From Hypanus sabinus (Eukaryota): DNA of 64,000 nucleotides. Each line of letters begins with the position of its first letter. Position 1 is the first letter of the stretch. The stretch lies in the NCBI RefSeq assembly GCF_030144855.1, contig NC_082735.1:26908001-26972000 (forward strand), given 5' to 3'. Of this stretch, positions 25,191 through 39,358 are shown piece after piece. The position numbers and the translations under genes are program-made. Below the pieces are notes generated by a model. It saw nothing but the letters and a program-made list of their open reading frames with translations, was not told the origin of the DNA and did no database searches.

Positions 25191-26877
25191 TAATTTGAAA
25201 GAATTCACAGAATTATGGGGAGAGAACAAGGGAGTAGTATTAGTTGAATAACTCTTGCATGTAGCTGCTATAGACTTGACGTTAATGGATTAAAAGACTT
25301 TTCTCTATGATAATGAGATTCTGTGGTTAGATGCTGTGACTCTTATCTTTATAGCTTTCATCATATTTCTCAGCATTTGTCCTTAAATAAAACCTTGAAA
25401 TTCAACTAGGAAGCACAACAAAATTGTGCAAAATTCTTTGATCATTGAGAATTCAACCATGAAAAATTATCAATCTGAAAGACGAAACTGCTCAATCTGC
25501 TGAGCTTCTCAACATTTTCTGTTCACATTACTGCAAAATTGTTTCTCTCAAACAGTTAAGCTTGCTTGCTACTAGAGAGATACAGCAATTGTGTGCATTC
25601 GGGACAAGAACAAGAAGGACAAGAAGGTACCAAGGTTTAGCTGTCCTTGAGTTTCAAGGTCAAAAAATCAGATTTTCCACATGTTATAGTAGTTTGTTTT
25701 AAAGTAACATTGCCAACAATTAGCTAATTGATATCAGGATCCTATTTAATACCAGGGTATTTCAAGTTCATGCATATCTGCTTCTAGCTATAATAAATCC
25801 GGGAGGAGACCTTGGCAATGATAGTAATTCAAACGTTCTTACATCCACTGTGCCTGTAGCTGCTCTTTAAAGGAGTTCTTTGAAATTATAGTTTGTGAGA
25901 GACATGTGCCCACCAAACTGTAACCCAAAGCTTTGCAGGAATGGATTTGTGTCCTCCAGTACTCCAAGCCAGTTCAAAAGATGAGACCAGGTTAAACCTG
26001 ATCCATAGTCCCAGCCCAATTAGGTCTCAATTCCTAATGTTAGCCTGGTCTCTAGTCCCTAGCTGTGTTCAGACAAAGGCTCCACAATGAGCAATGTGTG
26101 GGACCCAGGGCAGCTGGAAATGGGGAGAAGTGAAAAGAATTCAGCCTTACCTCTGTTTTCTGGCCTCTGTAGCACTTATCCCCTTCCCAAACGCTTCTGT
26201 TGAATGGCCCTATTTGCCAATTCCTTTTAAAGAGCTGAGGATGTTTTGGGTTTCTTGGAAACTATTGTAAGCACAGACAAATGTAATTTGCTGATCATTT
26301 GTCCATTGTGCATGTCATTTATTAAGTATTGACCATCCACTCTTGTTTGGACCTGCAAGAAATTCCTGATTCCAGAGTCTAAGTCATTCATATAAATTAT
26401 TAACAGAGTGTCGCAAGCAGTGATTCTTGTGATCCACCATCCACTTTGTACCACAAACAACCCCACTTTACTCTTCCTGTCTGCTCTCCCTGCTGTTTTT
26501 CATCTAACACAATATTCTCTGACTTCCTCCAATCCTATCTCTGATTGTTATCTGTAAAACATTTTACTATTTTATGTTACTTGATAACTTTATACTTCTA
26601 TTTTGCCTTCAATTTTTCTCTTTTACCTTATTGAGGCATGCGGTCTGCTGACTGTTTATTTTTTCCCCTTATTAAGCAGAATATACGGTATTTTCCTGCA
26701 CTCTGTTCAATGCCAGTTTAAAAGTTGCCTATTATGTTCTGCACATTTCACTGATATGATTGTTCAATTTATCTTGCTGGGTTTTATTTTCAATCTGTGG
26801 TTTTCCAATCATTAAACCTATGTCCTTATTGATTATCAAGTTAAAGCTGTCTTATGACAGTCCCATTAGCATTAGAT

Positions 26878-26954
26878 CAGGGGTTTCCAACCTTTTTATG
26901 CCATGGACCCCTACCATTAACTGAGGGGTCTGTGGATCCAAATTGGGAACCCTG
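26878..26954. mobile_element. 77-bp hAT (Charlie-like) MITE
   Basis: TIRs CAGGGGTTTCCAA and TTGGGAACCCTG; exact 8-bp TSD CATTAGAT. Confidence 0.88.
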
Positions 26955-27139
26955 CATTAGATCTTCCCCTATTTTTACTCCACCACCCATTCCTGATTTT
27001 TCTATAGCAATAGCTCCATAATTCAGGCTCTTTCCTATTTCTTTCAAAGCACAATTGCCTCCCACTCTCCTGTTTTCCTAGACATACATACTACACGTGT
27101 TGTTGTATGCAGAGACGAACTCATTTATTAGACTTTCCA

Positions 27140-27310
27140 AACAACAACAACACACAAAATGCTGGTGGAACACAGCAGGCCAGACAGCATCTATAGGGAG
27201 AAGCACTGTCTCAGCCCGAAACGTCGACAATGCTGCCTGACCTGCTGTGTTCCACCAGCATTTTGTGTGTGTTGTTGTTTGAATTTCCAGCATCTGTAGA
27301 TTTCCTCATA
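27140..27310. mobile_element. Short palindromic Penelope-derived insertion
   Basis: Two inverted tail copies; TSD TTAGA(C/T)TTTCCA at 27128 and 27311. Confidence 0.82.
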
Positions 27311-27676
27311 TTAGATTTTCCACTTGTCTTATGGTTAACCACGTTCCGTTTCATAGCAGCATTTGCCTCCTTGCCATCAACGAGCCCCCTTACACATTAT
27401 TCTTCCCTTTGTTCTCATGTATTATTTTTAAACTCTTCGTTTTGTATACTCTCATTATTCCTCGACCTTATCAGTTTGAAGCCAGCCTTTCTCACCTCCC
27501 CATTTACCCTTAGCACCAGAAACTGAACTTATCCTTCATCGGATGGAACCCACCTTATTAGTACAGTACTGGGAAAAGTGCCGAAAGGAACTTCTCTTTC
27601 CCTTATATGCCTTTGCAATGGTTGACCCATGCTTCAGTGCATCCCTCAATATACAGTGTGGTGACGAGAAACATAG

Positions 27677-27820
27677 CTGGATGGTGGTGTAGTGGCATCA
27701 GCACCGGACTTCAAGGCAAGTGGTCCTGGGTTCGAATCCTGCTGGCTCCTTGCACACTTTGCATCCGTGCTGGGTTGAGCATCGAAGCTAGCAACTCGGC
27801 CTCATATTAAAAACAAAAGA
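27677..27820 (+). mobile_element. tRNA-derived SINE of a different family
   Basis: A-box TGGTGTAGTGG and B-box GGTTCGAATCC, followed by a non-tRNA body and A-rich end; no acceptor stem. Confidence 0.65.
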
Positions 27821-29067
27821 CAAAATTCTAAAGATGCGCCACAAGGGAGGGATCACAAACTTGAAACATGGTCAGTCTCTAGCCCTTGGTTGTGGACAAC
27901 TCCTTGCACTGGAGGCCGAGCAAAGTGCATTTTTGTGAATAGCATATTGATGATGTCCCTTCACATGGTGATGAATCATTTACAAATGGATTGCCAAGAT
28001 TGGAGAGCAACTGACGCCAATCATCAACCATGCGAGCTGCACATTTTCCGAGTGATTTCCGAAGGCAGTTTTTGTTTGGAAGCCAAAAGGTCATATTCAA
28101 TCTCTGTCCCTTTTTGTTGATTCGCCACCACCTTTAATTTGGCCAACGTCAGTATTATCATCAGCAAAGTTATATACAGTATGCCATTTCACCATCATCT
28201 GCATTCTTACCGACCTGCGCTCTTCCCTCTGTCCCCACACCCCACACCCGATGATGATCCTTTCTGGCTTTGAAGATGGAGCACACCTAGTTCTCGTTTC
28301 ACCTTGGCTATGCACAGCAATTTGGTTTACACACTCTTGAGGCCAAGCTTTTTAATTTAGATCCTAACTCCAAATACCCTTTCAATTACTCTTCAGTCTT
28401 ATTCATGCTAACATCACTTGATTTAGCATGACCTGCGACAGCTGATTTACTACTGCCCTCCTCCATGTCCTCCCCGCCACTGTGAGATATTTCATATCCA
28501 GTAGGTAACACCTTTTGGTATTTATGTTCTTGATTGCAGAAGATCCTCCTAGTTGTAGAATCCTCATATCCTCATCACATTACCGATCTGCTCTTTCCCC
28601 TTACAAACCCTCATGAGCCAAAGTGTCTTAGTCTGCACTGAGGATTTTCAGTCAGCAGTACTCCACTTGTACCCATAGGTAATGGTGTGTGAGATTCTTT
28701 GCAATGCTGCTTACACTGTATATTGTAATGTAAACTTGCTTATGAGATAATTCTGATCATTATACTGCAGCATGTTTAAAGGCACATGCTCAAACAGAAC
28801 TTCATTTACAAAATATCAAATGAAGTTTAATGCTTGAAGCCTTCTGACAAAGAATTGCACTGAGCTGGAGAAGGAACATATTGTAAGATTTGTAGCATTG
28901 AGTGGCACAGGCTGATACTTGGAGCTGAAATTACCACAAGAAGATGCACATGCATCTCGGGCTTTTGAAAACCTTGAATTTATACAAACATATATTGATC
29001 TTGTTCAACTGAACAGGGGGAGAAATGCAGGGTGGTAAGAAGGGAGACGATGATAAAATGCTGTATT

Positions 29068-30000
29068 TCATTTTGCTGATGACTCCACTGTTGTTGGCCA
29101 AATTAAAGGCGGTGGTGAATTAATGTAGGGGAGGGAGATTGAAAATCAGGTTGTATGGTGCTACAATGACAACCTTTCACTCAGTGTCAACAAAATCAAA
29201 GCACTGATTATCAACTACAGGAGGAAGAAGCTGGAGGTCCATCAGCCAGTCCTCATTAGGGGATAGAAGGTGAAGAGGGTCAGTAGCTTAAAATTCCTTG
29301 GTGTTATATAAGAGGAACCAACAGGTAAGCACCACCATAAAGAAGACACAACAATACTGCAACAGTCTTAGAAGTTTTGCATGTCACCAAAAACTCTGAC
29401 GAACTTCTGTAGGTACACGGTGGAGAGCATCCTGACTGGTTGCATCACGGTCTGGTATGGAAACTCCGAAGCCCAGGAACAGAAATGACTACAGGAAATT
29501 GTGGATGCAGCCCATTCCATAACAGGCAAAACCCTCCCCACCACTGAGGACATTTGCATGGAGTGCTGCCACTAGAAAACAGCATCGATCTTCAAAGACC
29601 CCCACCATCCAGACCATCTTTTCTTCTTGCTATTAGCATCGAACAAGAGGTACAGAGGCCTTACATCCCACACTACCAGGTTTAGGAACATTTATTACCC
29701 TACAAAGATCAGGCTCCTGAAATGGCATAATTTTACTCACCTCAACTCTGAACTGATTCCACTACTGACAGAATCACTTTTGAAGACCCTTTACAATTTG
29801 TGGTCTCGGTGTTAGTTTTTTATTTGCACAATTTGTCTTCTTTTGAACCTTGCTTAATCAATCTTGAGCTTATGTATAGTTTTTTTGTAAATTCTATTGT
29901 ATTTCTTTATTTTTATGTAAATGCCTGAAAGAAAATGATACTGAAGGTAATATAATAACATGTACATAATTGATAGTAAATTTGCTGTGAAATTTGAAAT
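29068..30000 (+). mobile_element. Rex1/Babar-like LINE 3' part
   Basis: FADDSTVVGQI; NFCRYTVESILTGCITVWYGNS; DPHHP; AT-rich tail. Confidence 0.8.
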
Positions 30001-30449
30001 TTCTGAGATAGCATTTCCAAGATGTGAAATATGACATATTTAAATAGTTCCTTTTCTTTAGCGTCTGCCAAAAAACTAGCTTTTGAACCTTTTATAATTC
30101 TGGTAGTGTTATCATCATTGCAAAAAACAGGAAACATCTTGCAATAATATTTTAACTTTTCTCTTTTACATTGTACTCTCCCAAAATGTTAGAGTATCAA
30201 ATAAATAAATCACTGTCAAATCAGGATTGAATGAAGTTATAGATCCATGTTCATAATTGTAACAAATTATTTAAGATAGTCATTTGAATCACATTTGAAT
30301 CAATTTCTTGCCTTAAAGAAGTAAAAAAAGCTACAGTGTTAACATTTCCTGCTACAATGACAATAATGTAGCATATATGTACTCGTACAGTCTTTAAAAT
30401 GTACTGTTTAAAATGCTCATTGTATATTTATCAATCTATTTTCATGGTA

Positions 30450-31268
30450 AGACCATAAGATATACGAGCAGAAGTAGGCCATTTGGCCTATCGAGTCTGC
30501 TCCACCATTCAATCATGGGCTGATCCAATTCTTCCAGTCATCCCCACTCCCCTGCCTTCTCCCCATATCCTTTGACGTCCTGGCTAATCATGAGCCTATC
30601 TATCTTTGCCTTAAATATACCCAATGTTTTGGCTTCCACAGCCACTCGTGGCAATAAATTCCACAGATTTACCACCCTCTGACTAAAGTAATTTCTCTCC
30701 ATTCTCTGTTCTAAATGGACATTCTTAAATCCTGAAGTTGTGCCCTCTTGTCTTAGACTCCCCTACCATGGGAAATAACTTTGCCATATCTAATCTGTTT
30801 AGGCCTTTTAACATTTAGAATATTTCTATGAGATCCCCCCTCATTCTCCTGAACTCCAGGGAAATTCAGCCCAAGAGCTGCCAGACGTTCCTCATACAGT
30901 AATCCTTTCATTCCTGGAATCATTCTCGTAAATCTTCTCTGAACCCCCTCCAATGTCAGCACATCCTTTCTAAAATAAGGAGCTCAAAACTGCACACAAT
31001 ACTTGAAGTGTGGTCTCACGAGTGCCTTATAGAGCCTCAACATCACGTCCCTGCTCTTATATTCTATACCTCTAGAAATGAGTGCCAACATTGCATTCAT
31101 CTTCTTCACCACTGACTCAATCTGGAGGTTAACCTTTAGGGTATCTTGCACAAGGGCTCCCAAGTCCCTTTGCATCTCTGCATTTTGAATACTCTCCCCA
31201 TCTAAATAATAGACTGCCCATTTATTTCTTCCACCAAAGTGCATGACCATACACTTTCCAACATTGTA
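30450..31268 (-). mobile_element. CR1 LINE 3' fragment
   Basis: ORFs 30984 and 30753 (RDLGALVQ...LYKALVRPHFKYCVQF; LEGVQRRFTRMIPG); (CTTATG)n-like tail. Confidence 0.9.
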
Positions 31269-31452
31269 TCAAGAGCTTTCTTTTAAAGCAAATTGCTTTA
31301 TCAACATTTACTTTAAAAATAAAAAGAAAATTACCTGTATTCAGATTAGGTTGCACACAAAGATGTAATCTATTTTGCAAAAACTAGGTTATTTATGCCA
31401 CTAAGATTCAAAAGATATAAAATATTATGGTTATAAAGAACATGATCTGGAA

Positions 31453-31660
31453 NNNNNNNNNNNNNNNNNNNNNNNNNNNNNNNNNNNNNNNNNNNNNNNN
31501 NNNNNNNNNNNNNNNNNNNNNNNNNNNNNNNNNNNNNNNNNNNNNNNNNNNNNNNNNNNNNNNNNNNNNNNNNNNNNNNNNNNNNNNNNNNNNNNNNNNN
31601 NNNNNNNNNNNNNNNNNNNNNNNNNNNNNNNNNNNNNNNNNNNNNNNNNNNNNNNNNNNN
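31453..31660. other. Assembly gap (208 N)
   Basis: N run. Confidence 1.
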
Positions 31661-31855
31661 TCACACTGAGACGTAAGGCGAGATATCGGCTTTTATTGAC
31701 TGGAAGAAGGAACCAGGAGTGAGTGTCTATCATACAATGTCCTGGAGACTGAGGGCCAGGCTCAGGCCTCAGATCGCCTTTATACAGGGGCCTGTGGGAG
31801 GAGCCACAGGAGCAGTCAGCAGGGGCGTGTCCAGACAGGCACATAGTTCACCACA
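31661..31855 (-). mobile_element. LTR copy truncated by the assembly gap, probably solo
   Basis: Near-identical to 46016-46229; abuts the N run. Confidence 0.88.
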
Positions 31856-32245
31856 ACACACACTCACTCTTTAGGGCAGCAAAGAAGCTCCTCCATCTCT
31901 GGCAGGGTTAAGGGTTTCCTTCATTGTGTCGGTGGCTTCCTCTCGGTTTTCACTAGTGTCAGTCATGCATGTCCTGGGTGGAGTCTCAGGAATACCATCA
32001 CACACAGATGTTGAAGGTTTCTTCATTGCTGTTTCCATAACAATTGTTTTACTAGTCAGGGTTGTTGGCCCTGAGCCGAACCCCCTAAGCCAGGAGAACC
32101 AGTCGGCTACTCTTAGTCTGGCCTCTACCCTTTGACCTGTTTGACGTGGGTGATCCTACCAAGAGCCAAAGCATAAAGCTCTGACTCCAGCCAACATAAC
32201 TTTCCCAGTCATTGAGGCATGCAAGCCTCCAAACCACAACAAGGA
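31856..32245 (-). mobile_element. Non-autonomous RTE-like element (5' UTR fused to 3' tail)
   Basis: CCTTGTTGTGGTTTGGAGGCTTGCATGCCTCAATGA...GGTAGGATCACCCAC resembles RTE/BovB-type 5' ends as I recall them; ends in GATGGAGGAGCTTC..GCTGCCCTA followed by (GAGT)n. Confidence 0.55.
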
Positions 32246-35200
32246 ATCTGGCCCTCTTGGAGGTTCCCATTCTTGCTCGGGTATAATATCCAGATGATGG
32301 GTATTTACTTACTTACATGTACAATTGAGAAAGAAGCCATGCAGTCCACACTGGTTCCTAGCAGAGCATCACATCTGATTCATTCCCCCCTCCCCCCATA
32401 ACTCATTGTCTCTCACATACCCATCAACTCTCCTTTGATTCCTTTTGTCACAGGTACACCAAGTAGTACTTTATAAATGAATATTAAACCACCCAAGCTG
32501 GAGTATTTGGCAGAAACCTAAACAATTATGGTGAGTACACGTAAACATCACACAGATCCATTGTCAGGACTGAACCCAGTTTCCTAAAGTTGTGAGACAT
32601 TGATTCCGTCTGGGGCCTTGGAAAGCACGAAATGCCAAATTACAGGCTTATAACCTGTAATAATAACCTTATAACTTATAACCTTATAACTTTCAGGGTA
32701 CTCAACAAGTGGAAACATAAGATCCTCAGGGGGTCTGATGGGGGAATGTAGAGAGGATATTTAATTCTGTGGGAGAATACAAAATGAGGGATCACTGCCT
32801 CAAAATAAGGCTTACCCATTTGAGATGTGCATTTTATATTTGTTGTTCGTCTGTCTAGGGTTGCTATAGTGTTCATTTACCAGCAGGGGGAAGTAGATGC
32901 TTAAAAATAAACACAAAGTACACTGCAGATGCTGTGGCCAAATCAACAGGTACATACAAGCTGAGACGAAGGGTCTCGGCCGGAAATGTTGACTGCTCAT
33001 TTCAACAGATGCTGCCTGACCTGCTGAGTTCATCCAGCTTGTTTGTGTGTGTTGGTTAAAAATAAAGATGGCTACACTCAGATAGACAATAGGTGTGGAA
33101 GTAGACAATTCGGCCCTTCGAGCCTGCACCACCATTTTGAGATCATGGCTGATCATCTACTATCAGTACCCAGTTCCTACCTTGTCCCCTTATCCCTTGA
33201 TTCCCCTATCCATAAGATACCTATCTAGCTCCTTCTTGAAAGCATCCAGAGAATTGGCCTCCACTGCCTTCCTAGGCAGTGCATTCCAGACCCCCACAAC
33301 TCTCTGGGAGAAGAAGTTTTTCCTTAACTCGATGCCAGTCTTTCTCTCCTTACTACTATGTTGAAGGTTTTTACAATAGTACAATTAAGCCTACACAATT
33401 TTTTTTAAAATACTGAGCAAAAAATGCCAACAGCTGGATAAGTAGCATAAATCTGAGATATTGAATCAAGACAGAATATTAATTGAGCATAGTTTAATAG
33501 TAGTTGATAGAAAATAATATTACAGATGAGAAAAAGACAAATATATTCCTTACTATTTTGGTCCCTGCTAATTTGGACTCCCCAAATGTCTGGCTGTGTA
33601 AAGAAATTGGTAAAATTGCCTTAGACAAAACTTTTTGAAACTGTCAAAAATTTCAAGTTGAAGCCGATTATCATTGTAGCATGCTTCAAATTTCATCATC
33701 GGCACCAAGGAGAAGCTCTGGCTAGAGACCATAGCAAACTCCTCGGGCTTGCCTTAGTGCTAAGGGATTAGAGAACACACTTAGTGTGTTCAGCAAAGTT
33801 TTCTAGAACATTACATATTTATCCATACTAGAGAAAGGGCTACACCATCTCTGGAAATGAGACTAAGCAAGTGGTTGATCTGTTAGTGCGGAAGCACTTT
33901 GGGGCTTATGACCATAGTTCTATTACTTTCAGAATAGTTATGGATAAAGATAGGACTGATTATGAGATTTGTTTCGTGGCAGCAGTACATAGCAAGACAT
34001 AAAAATTACCATAAGTTTCAATAAAAAATAAATAAATAGTGTGAAAGAGGAATAGTGAGAGAGTATTAATGGGTCTTTCAGAGATCTGAAGGCATAGTAA
34101 ATTACGGCACCCTGGGGAGTGTTGTTGAATAGAGAGACCTTGGGGTTAGAAGTACCTAGTTCCCTGAAAAATGGGAAGACAGACAAGGTGGTGATGAATG
34201 TGTAAGGCATACTAGCCTTCATCAACTGAGACACAGAGTATTCTACTACACCCCATCTCCCTACCTCCTGGTTGCACACTGTGGTCATTCCACAATGGCC
34301 AATTAATTAAGGCTCTAGGTAGGTGAATGGGATGTGAGAGGACCAAGTATCCAGAAGAACATCAAGTGCTTACTAATTCCATGCAGACAGCAGCTGAAGT
34401 CGGGACTGAAACCGAGAATTGGGCACCACAACTCCTACTGGCTGCGCTACTCTTACTGCAATGAGCTTTCGGTACTAACTTTTTCAATCGGCCTGTGCCA
34501 GCAGAATATTCATTGAAGCAGATCCTTAATGAACAAGGGGTAAGGTTACCACAATCAGGTAGGAATGTGGAGTTGAAGTTGCAACTAGATGAACCACCAA
34601 ATCACAGAACAAGCTCAAAGGGGCATGATCTAAACCTGCTCCTGACGGCATGAAAAGCGATTTCTCTAGCTTCCAGTAATTTCCCTCACTTCTCCCTTCT
34701 CTCCTTTTCTGTTTCCCTTTCTGGCTCTCCTCATACTCCGTCTCTTCTCTTCACCTGCCCATCATCTCCTTCTGGTGCCCCTCATCTTTCCCTTTCCTCC
34801 ACAGCGCACTCTCCTCTCATATCATATTCTTCTATCTTCAGCCCTTTACCTCTTCTCCTTCCAGCTTCTCACTTCATTGACCCACCTGCCCTCCCCTTGC
34901 CTGGTTTAATCTATCTCTTGCCAACTTGTGCTCCTTCCCTTCCTCCCACCTTCTTATTCTGTCTTCTCCCTATCTTTTTAATACTAATGAAGAGTCTCAG
35001 CCTGAAATGCCAACTGTTTATTCTTCTCTATAGATGATGCCTGACTGCTGAGTTCCTCCAGAATTTTGTGTTTATTGTTCCTAATTTACATCTCTGTGCC
35101 ACATAACAAGCGGTATTGCATATAAAGGTGACAGCGGATGTGAGATAGGGAGTTGCCATGGGTATCGGCGAATCTGAACTTGGTGGAGTCTGCAGCATTG

Positions 35201-37213
35201 ATATCAAGCTCTTCTGTGCTCCCAATAGCAAAGCAAGGTTTTTTTTTATCATGCAGGCATGCCTAATGCTACTCTCCAGTGTTGGCAGCATCACCACTAT
35301 GAAGAGTTCTACTTTCTCAATAAACAAGAACATATTCTCATAGGAAGTTGTTTAGATGGTACTGCTACAATATTGTTGGCTTATTCTGTAACCTCTTTAA
35401 TATTATTGGCTAGCTTACTCTCATATTCTTTCTTTACCTTCTTAATGACTTTTCTAGTTGCCTTTTATTGGTTTTTAAAAACCTTCCAGTCCTCTAACAT
35501 CCTACTAATTTTTGCTCTATCATATGCCGTCTCTTTGGCTTTTATGTAGGTTTTGGCTTCTCTTGTTAGCCACGATTGTGTCATTTTCCCTTTAGAGTCC
35601 TTCTTCCTCTTGGGATGTATATATCCTGTGCCTTCTGAATTACTTCCAGAAATTCCAGCCATTGCTGCTCTGCCCTGCCAACTCCTGTCTCATGCCTCTG
35701 TAATTCCCTTTACTCCACTGCAATACTGATACATCTGACCTTAGTTTCTCCTTCTCAAATCTCAGGATGAATTTGATCATACTATGATCACCTGCTGTAC
35801 ATGGACATTGTCTGCAAACTTCTAGATACTAACCAGATGTTTTTTTCAGATTGTGAGTAAAGTTCTGCTGTCCATGTTAATCCTTGTAAAATATTGTTGA
35901 ATACAGAGTGAGAGAAACAGAGTGATATAATTCTGGACCAACAACTATAATGCAGGATTGACCACCAGAAAACTGGCCTTTGAATATATGGCCCTTTTGT
36001 GCCTTGGGTTCTATGAGTGATTGATTCAGAAAAAAACTTAAGCCTGTTTGTCCTAAAGAGTAGGATGATGTTTTACTGCCTGGAAACTTGGAGTGGTTTT
36101 CTTATCTTGAGTTGAACTTGCAGAGGATATCCATTACCATGAGAGCCCAGACTCATTCACCACAAGTACTTGTTCCAGAGAATAGGCACCTCCTTCAGTG
36201 ATTGGGAGATTGCAGTTGTTTGGGAAATTTTCTGTCATCATGGCAACTGTCTTTGCTTCCTCCCTTTCAAGACAACTATTTTGCAGGTTTCCAAGTCACT
36301 TGAACATTTCAGAAGTTTCAGAAGATCTAGGGCCCTTGTCATGTTTTTCTTTCAGGTAACAGTCGAACACTTTACTGTTTAGTAAGCTTTCAGAGAGGAA
36401 ATGCTGTTAATTGTGATGTTCTAACCACATACTGGATCCATTCTTTCCATTATAACATTTGCACCCTCTGTAACACTTCCAGGCATAACATTTTATTTGA
36501 GTTCCTAAGCAATGTTCCCTCAAGACTACATGGGTGCACAGTTGCACAGTAACTGAAATGCTCCCGTGCTCATAGCCTTTGTTGCCATGCAGCTGGAACA
36601 TAATGTTATTATAATTTTGAAGTTATGTTAATATAATATTGAAATCTGTGATAATTTAATTGTGAAATACCCTGAAATTAATTATGTGTTAATAAATAGA
36701 ATCCATAAATTTTCTAAATAGTAAATGTTCTACACCTTTACTTTGAAGCATCTCAGAGCATCAATATATCTACATTGTCAATGTTTCAGGTTACAGCACT
36801 GTTTTAAGTTGGAGCAATAAACATAAAATAGAAGTCAGTAGCTCATTGTTAATAACCTGCCAGCCCACTGAACGCAACGTGGAAGATTTTCTTTGTTGTA
36901 TTTCAGTATACCCTTCACTTAATAAACAACATCAAAAACGTGTGTTTTAAAAATTTTCATTCTAAATATTCATATTACGCATATTATATGGAAAAAAACA
37001 TTTAAAGTGCTGTGCAGTATTCAAGCTGTTTAAAAATTTCCTACTCAGAGCAATGATTGGTCTGCGTAGCTGTATAAAGAAAATTAGAGCGAACGTTATG
37101 ATAAGGATTGTTTGCACCAACAAGTTCAAGAATGGCTGAAGTTCACAAAATGGTCATTCCATAATCCCCCCCCCCCCTTTTATTAATCTCATCCAGATTA
37201 ACATTACTGCTTA

Positions 37214-37751
37214 CACCCAGTGACCACGTTGTTAGGTACACCTGTACACCTCTTCACTGATATAAATATCTAATCAGCCAATCACTTGACAGCAACTTGA
37301 TACATAAAAGCATGCAGACACAGTCAGGAGGTTTAGTTGTCGTTCAGACAAAACAGCAAAAGAAATGCGATCTAAATGGCCTTGACCATGAAATGTCAGT
37401 TGGTGTCAGATGGGGTGGCTTGAGTATCTCAGAAACTGGTGAACTCCTGGGATTTTCATGCACAACAATCTCTAGAGTTTACACAATGGTATGAAAAACA
37501 AAAAAAAACGCCCAGTGAGTGGCAGTTCTGTGGGTGAAAATGCCCTTGTTAATGAGAGAGCTCAAAGGAGAATAGCCAGACTGGTTGAAGCTGACAGGAA
37601 GGTGCTAGCAACTTAAGTAACCATGTATTACAGCAGTGGTGTGCAGAAGAACATTTCTGAACTCACAAGTTGAACCTTGAATTGGATGGGTTACAGCAGC
37701 AGAAGACCACACTGAGTCCACTCCTGTACCTGATAAAGTAGGCACTGAGCG
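37214..37751 (+). mobile_element. Internally deleted Tc1-like transposon retaining the N-terminal HTH coding remnant
   Basis: Degenerate TIRs CACCCAGTGACCACGTTGTTAGGTACA and TGTACCTGATAAAGTAGGCACTGAGCG with TA flanks; ORF 37297 reads KKCDL...GLSISETGELLGFSCTTISRVY. Confidence 0.88.
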
Positions 37752-38659
37752 TATAGCTTGCCATAATTTCTTAGAAGAGATACAACCTTAGAACTGCTGG
37801 ACAGAATAAAATATGATAAATGAGAGAAAATCTTCAGATGTTGGAAATCAGCAAAAGAGTACAGTCAAAATTCTTTCCTTTTCTGTAGATGCTGCCTGGC
37901 CTGCTGCGTTCCTCCAGCATTTTGAGTGCATAGCTCTAATCTGATAAATCCTGTTAACAAGTGGAGCACTGCAACCTCAACAATGACAAAATGGCATCAG
38001 AGCAAGTGTGAATGCATTGTGAGCAGAAGTTAGTGTGTTTTACATTATAGTGCACAAAGTTTCACTAATTGAGGACATATATCCTGAAAAATCGAAGACA
38101 TTGTAATGGAATTTCGAATCAAACGATACCTCTATCTTGTTTCATCCATTTAGATTGTCAACAAAACATATCTTAAGAGATTTCTTCAATATGCAAGTTA
38201 ATTTTATATTCAAATATTTTGGAATGCAGGAAAATTATGTAATATAACTAAAATACCCTTTACTTTTCTGGTGGCACAAACTTATTGTAACATTGGGCAA
38301 TGACGAACATGAGCAAGCCACTTAACCCAGCCTGCTTACAGGAGAACACCATTATAATGGTGTATGAATAACACAATTAGCTACTAAATGATGTTTAACA
38401 GCTAGACCCGCATTTTTTATATTGAAGACCTCAGGTGAGGGGAGAACCAAGTATTGATGGAAAGTCCCTGAAAGTAATTGAGATGGGACTTTTGTGGAGA
38501 TTTTAAACTCAAGGAGTAGTGGTGGTGAAGATGCATTTCAGGGAAATTGAGGCCTCAGTGTGTGGCAGTGATGGGACAGAGGAAGGACATGTACTATGTT
38601 CTGCTTTAGGAGGGATTTAGGACAGAAGCAGCGTTGTAAATTCACCATCCACACATATC

Positions 38660-39358
38660 CACCCTTTTGTTGTGAGCAGAGTCCTGTTTAAGGAGATAGG
38701 CTCACTCCCTGACTAGTGGAAAGAAACCTTCTGGGGTGGGTATAAATCGAAGTCTGTTCATATGGCCCGCTGGAATATACCCTCTGATCTGATTGAAGGC
38801 CTCTGTCAGTCAGAGTTGTCCACGGATATTGTACCTAGATATGCAAGCCTGGGCAGTATGATGTGGAGAGCAAGCTGTTGCCCGCCTAGCAAGCTCACCC
38901 TCTCCGTGCATCTGATGAACCCAAAGGAACGGCAGAGACCGATACAGTTTGGTACCAGCAGCGTCACAGGAGTTGCTAGTCAACATTGAAATCAATGTAG
39001 CACTGCCTTAGTGACTTCAGCTCCAAATTTTTCCCTCGGTGTTTACCCCCGAAACCTTTTCCATGAGTAGGTATAGCCACAATGCAGTGGAGGTTTGAGA
39101 TCAGAGTTTTCCTTCTAGAGAAGCTGCCAACCACAGCAGGCACACCCCATTTACCCAAAGCAACTGGTTTTAAGGGGCCAGTAACCTGCCTTTGCCTCTT
39201 CTCCTGTCAGTAGAAATGATTCCGCTGGCCACATATGAAGGCCAGGAGCTGGACTTGGTTGTCAGAGGCCATTTGAGGCGCACACCATTGGGAGCATTTA
39301 ATAGGTAGTGGAAGCTTATTCCTGTGACCATCCCCAGATACAACAACCTTCAGGAACC
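38660..39358 (-). repeat. Interspersed repeat, probably RTE-related and non-autonomous; homologous to 43100-43460(+)
   Basis: Shared GGAAAACTCTGAT.TCAAACCTCCACTGC.TTG.GGC.ATA block in opposite orientations. Confidence 0.55.

Noticed and set aside
27677-27760. tRNA gene
   Set aside because: A and B boxes are present but there is no closing acceptor stem and it continues into a SINE body. The same applies to the V-SINE heads.
35105-35240. TATA-like motif followed by an ATG exon (MGIGESELGG...)
   Set aside because: No recognisable homology, a weak donor, no further exons found, and it is wedged between repeats.
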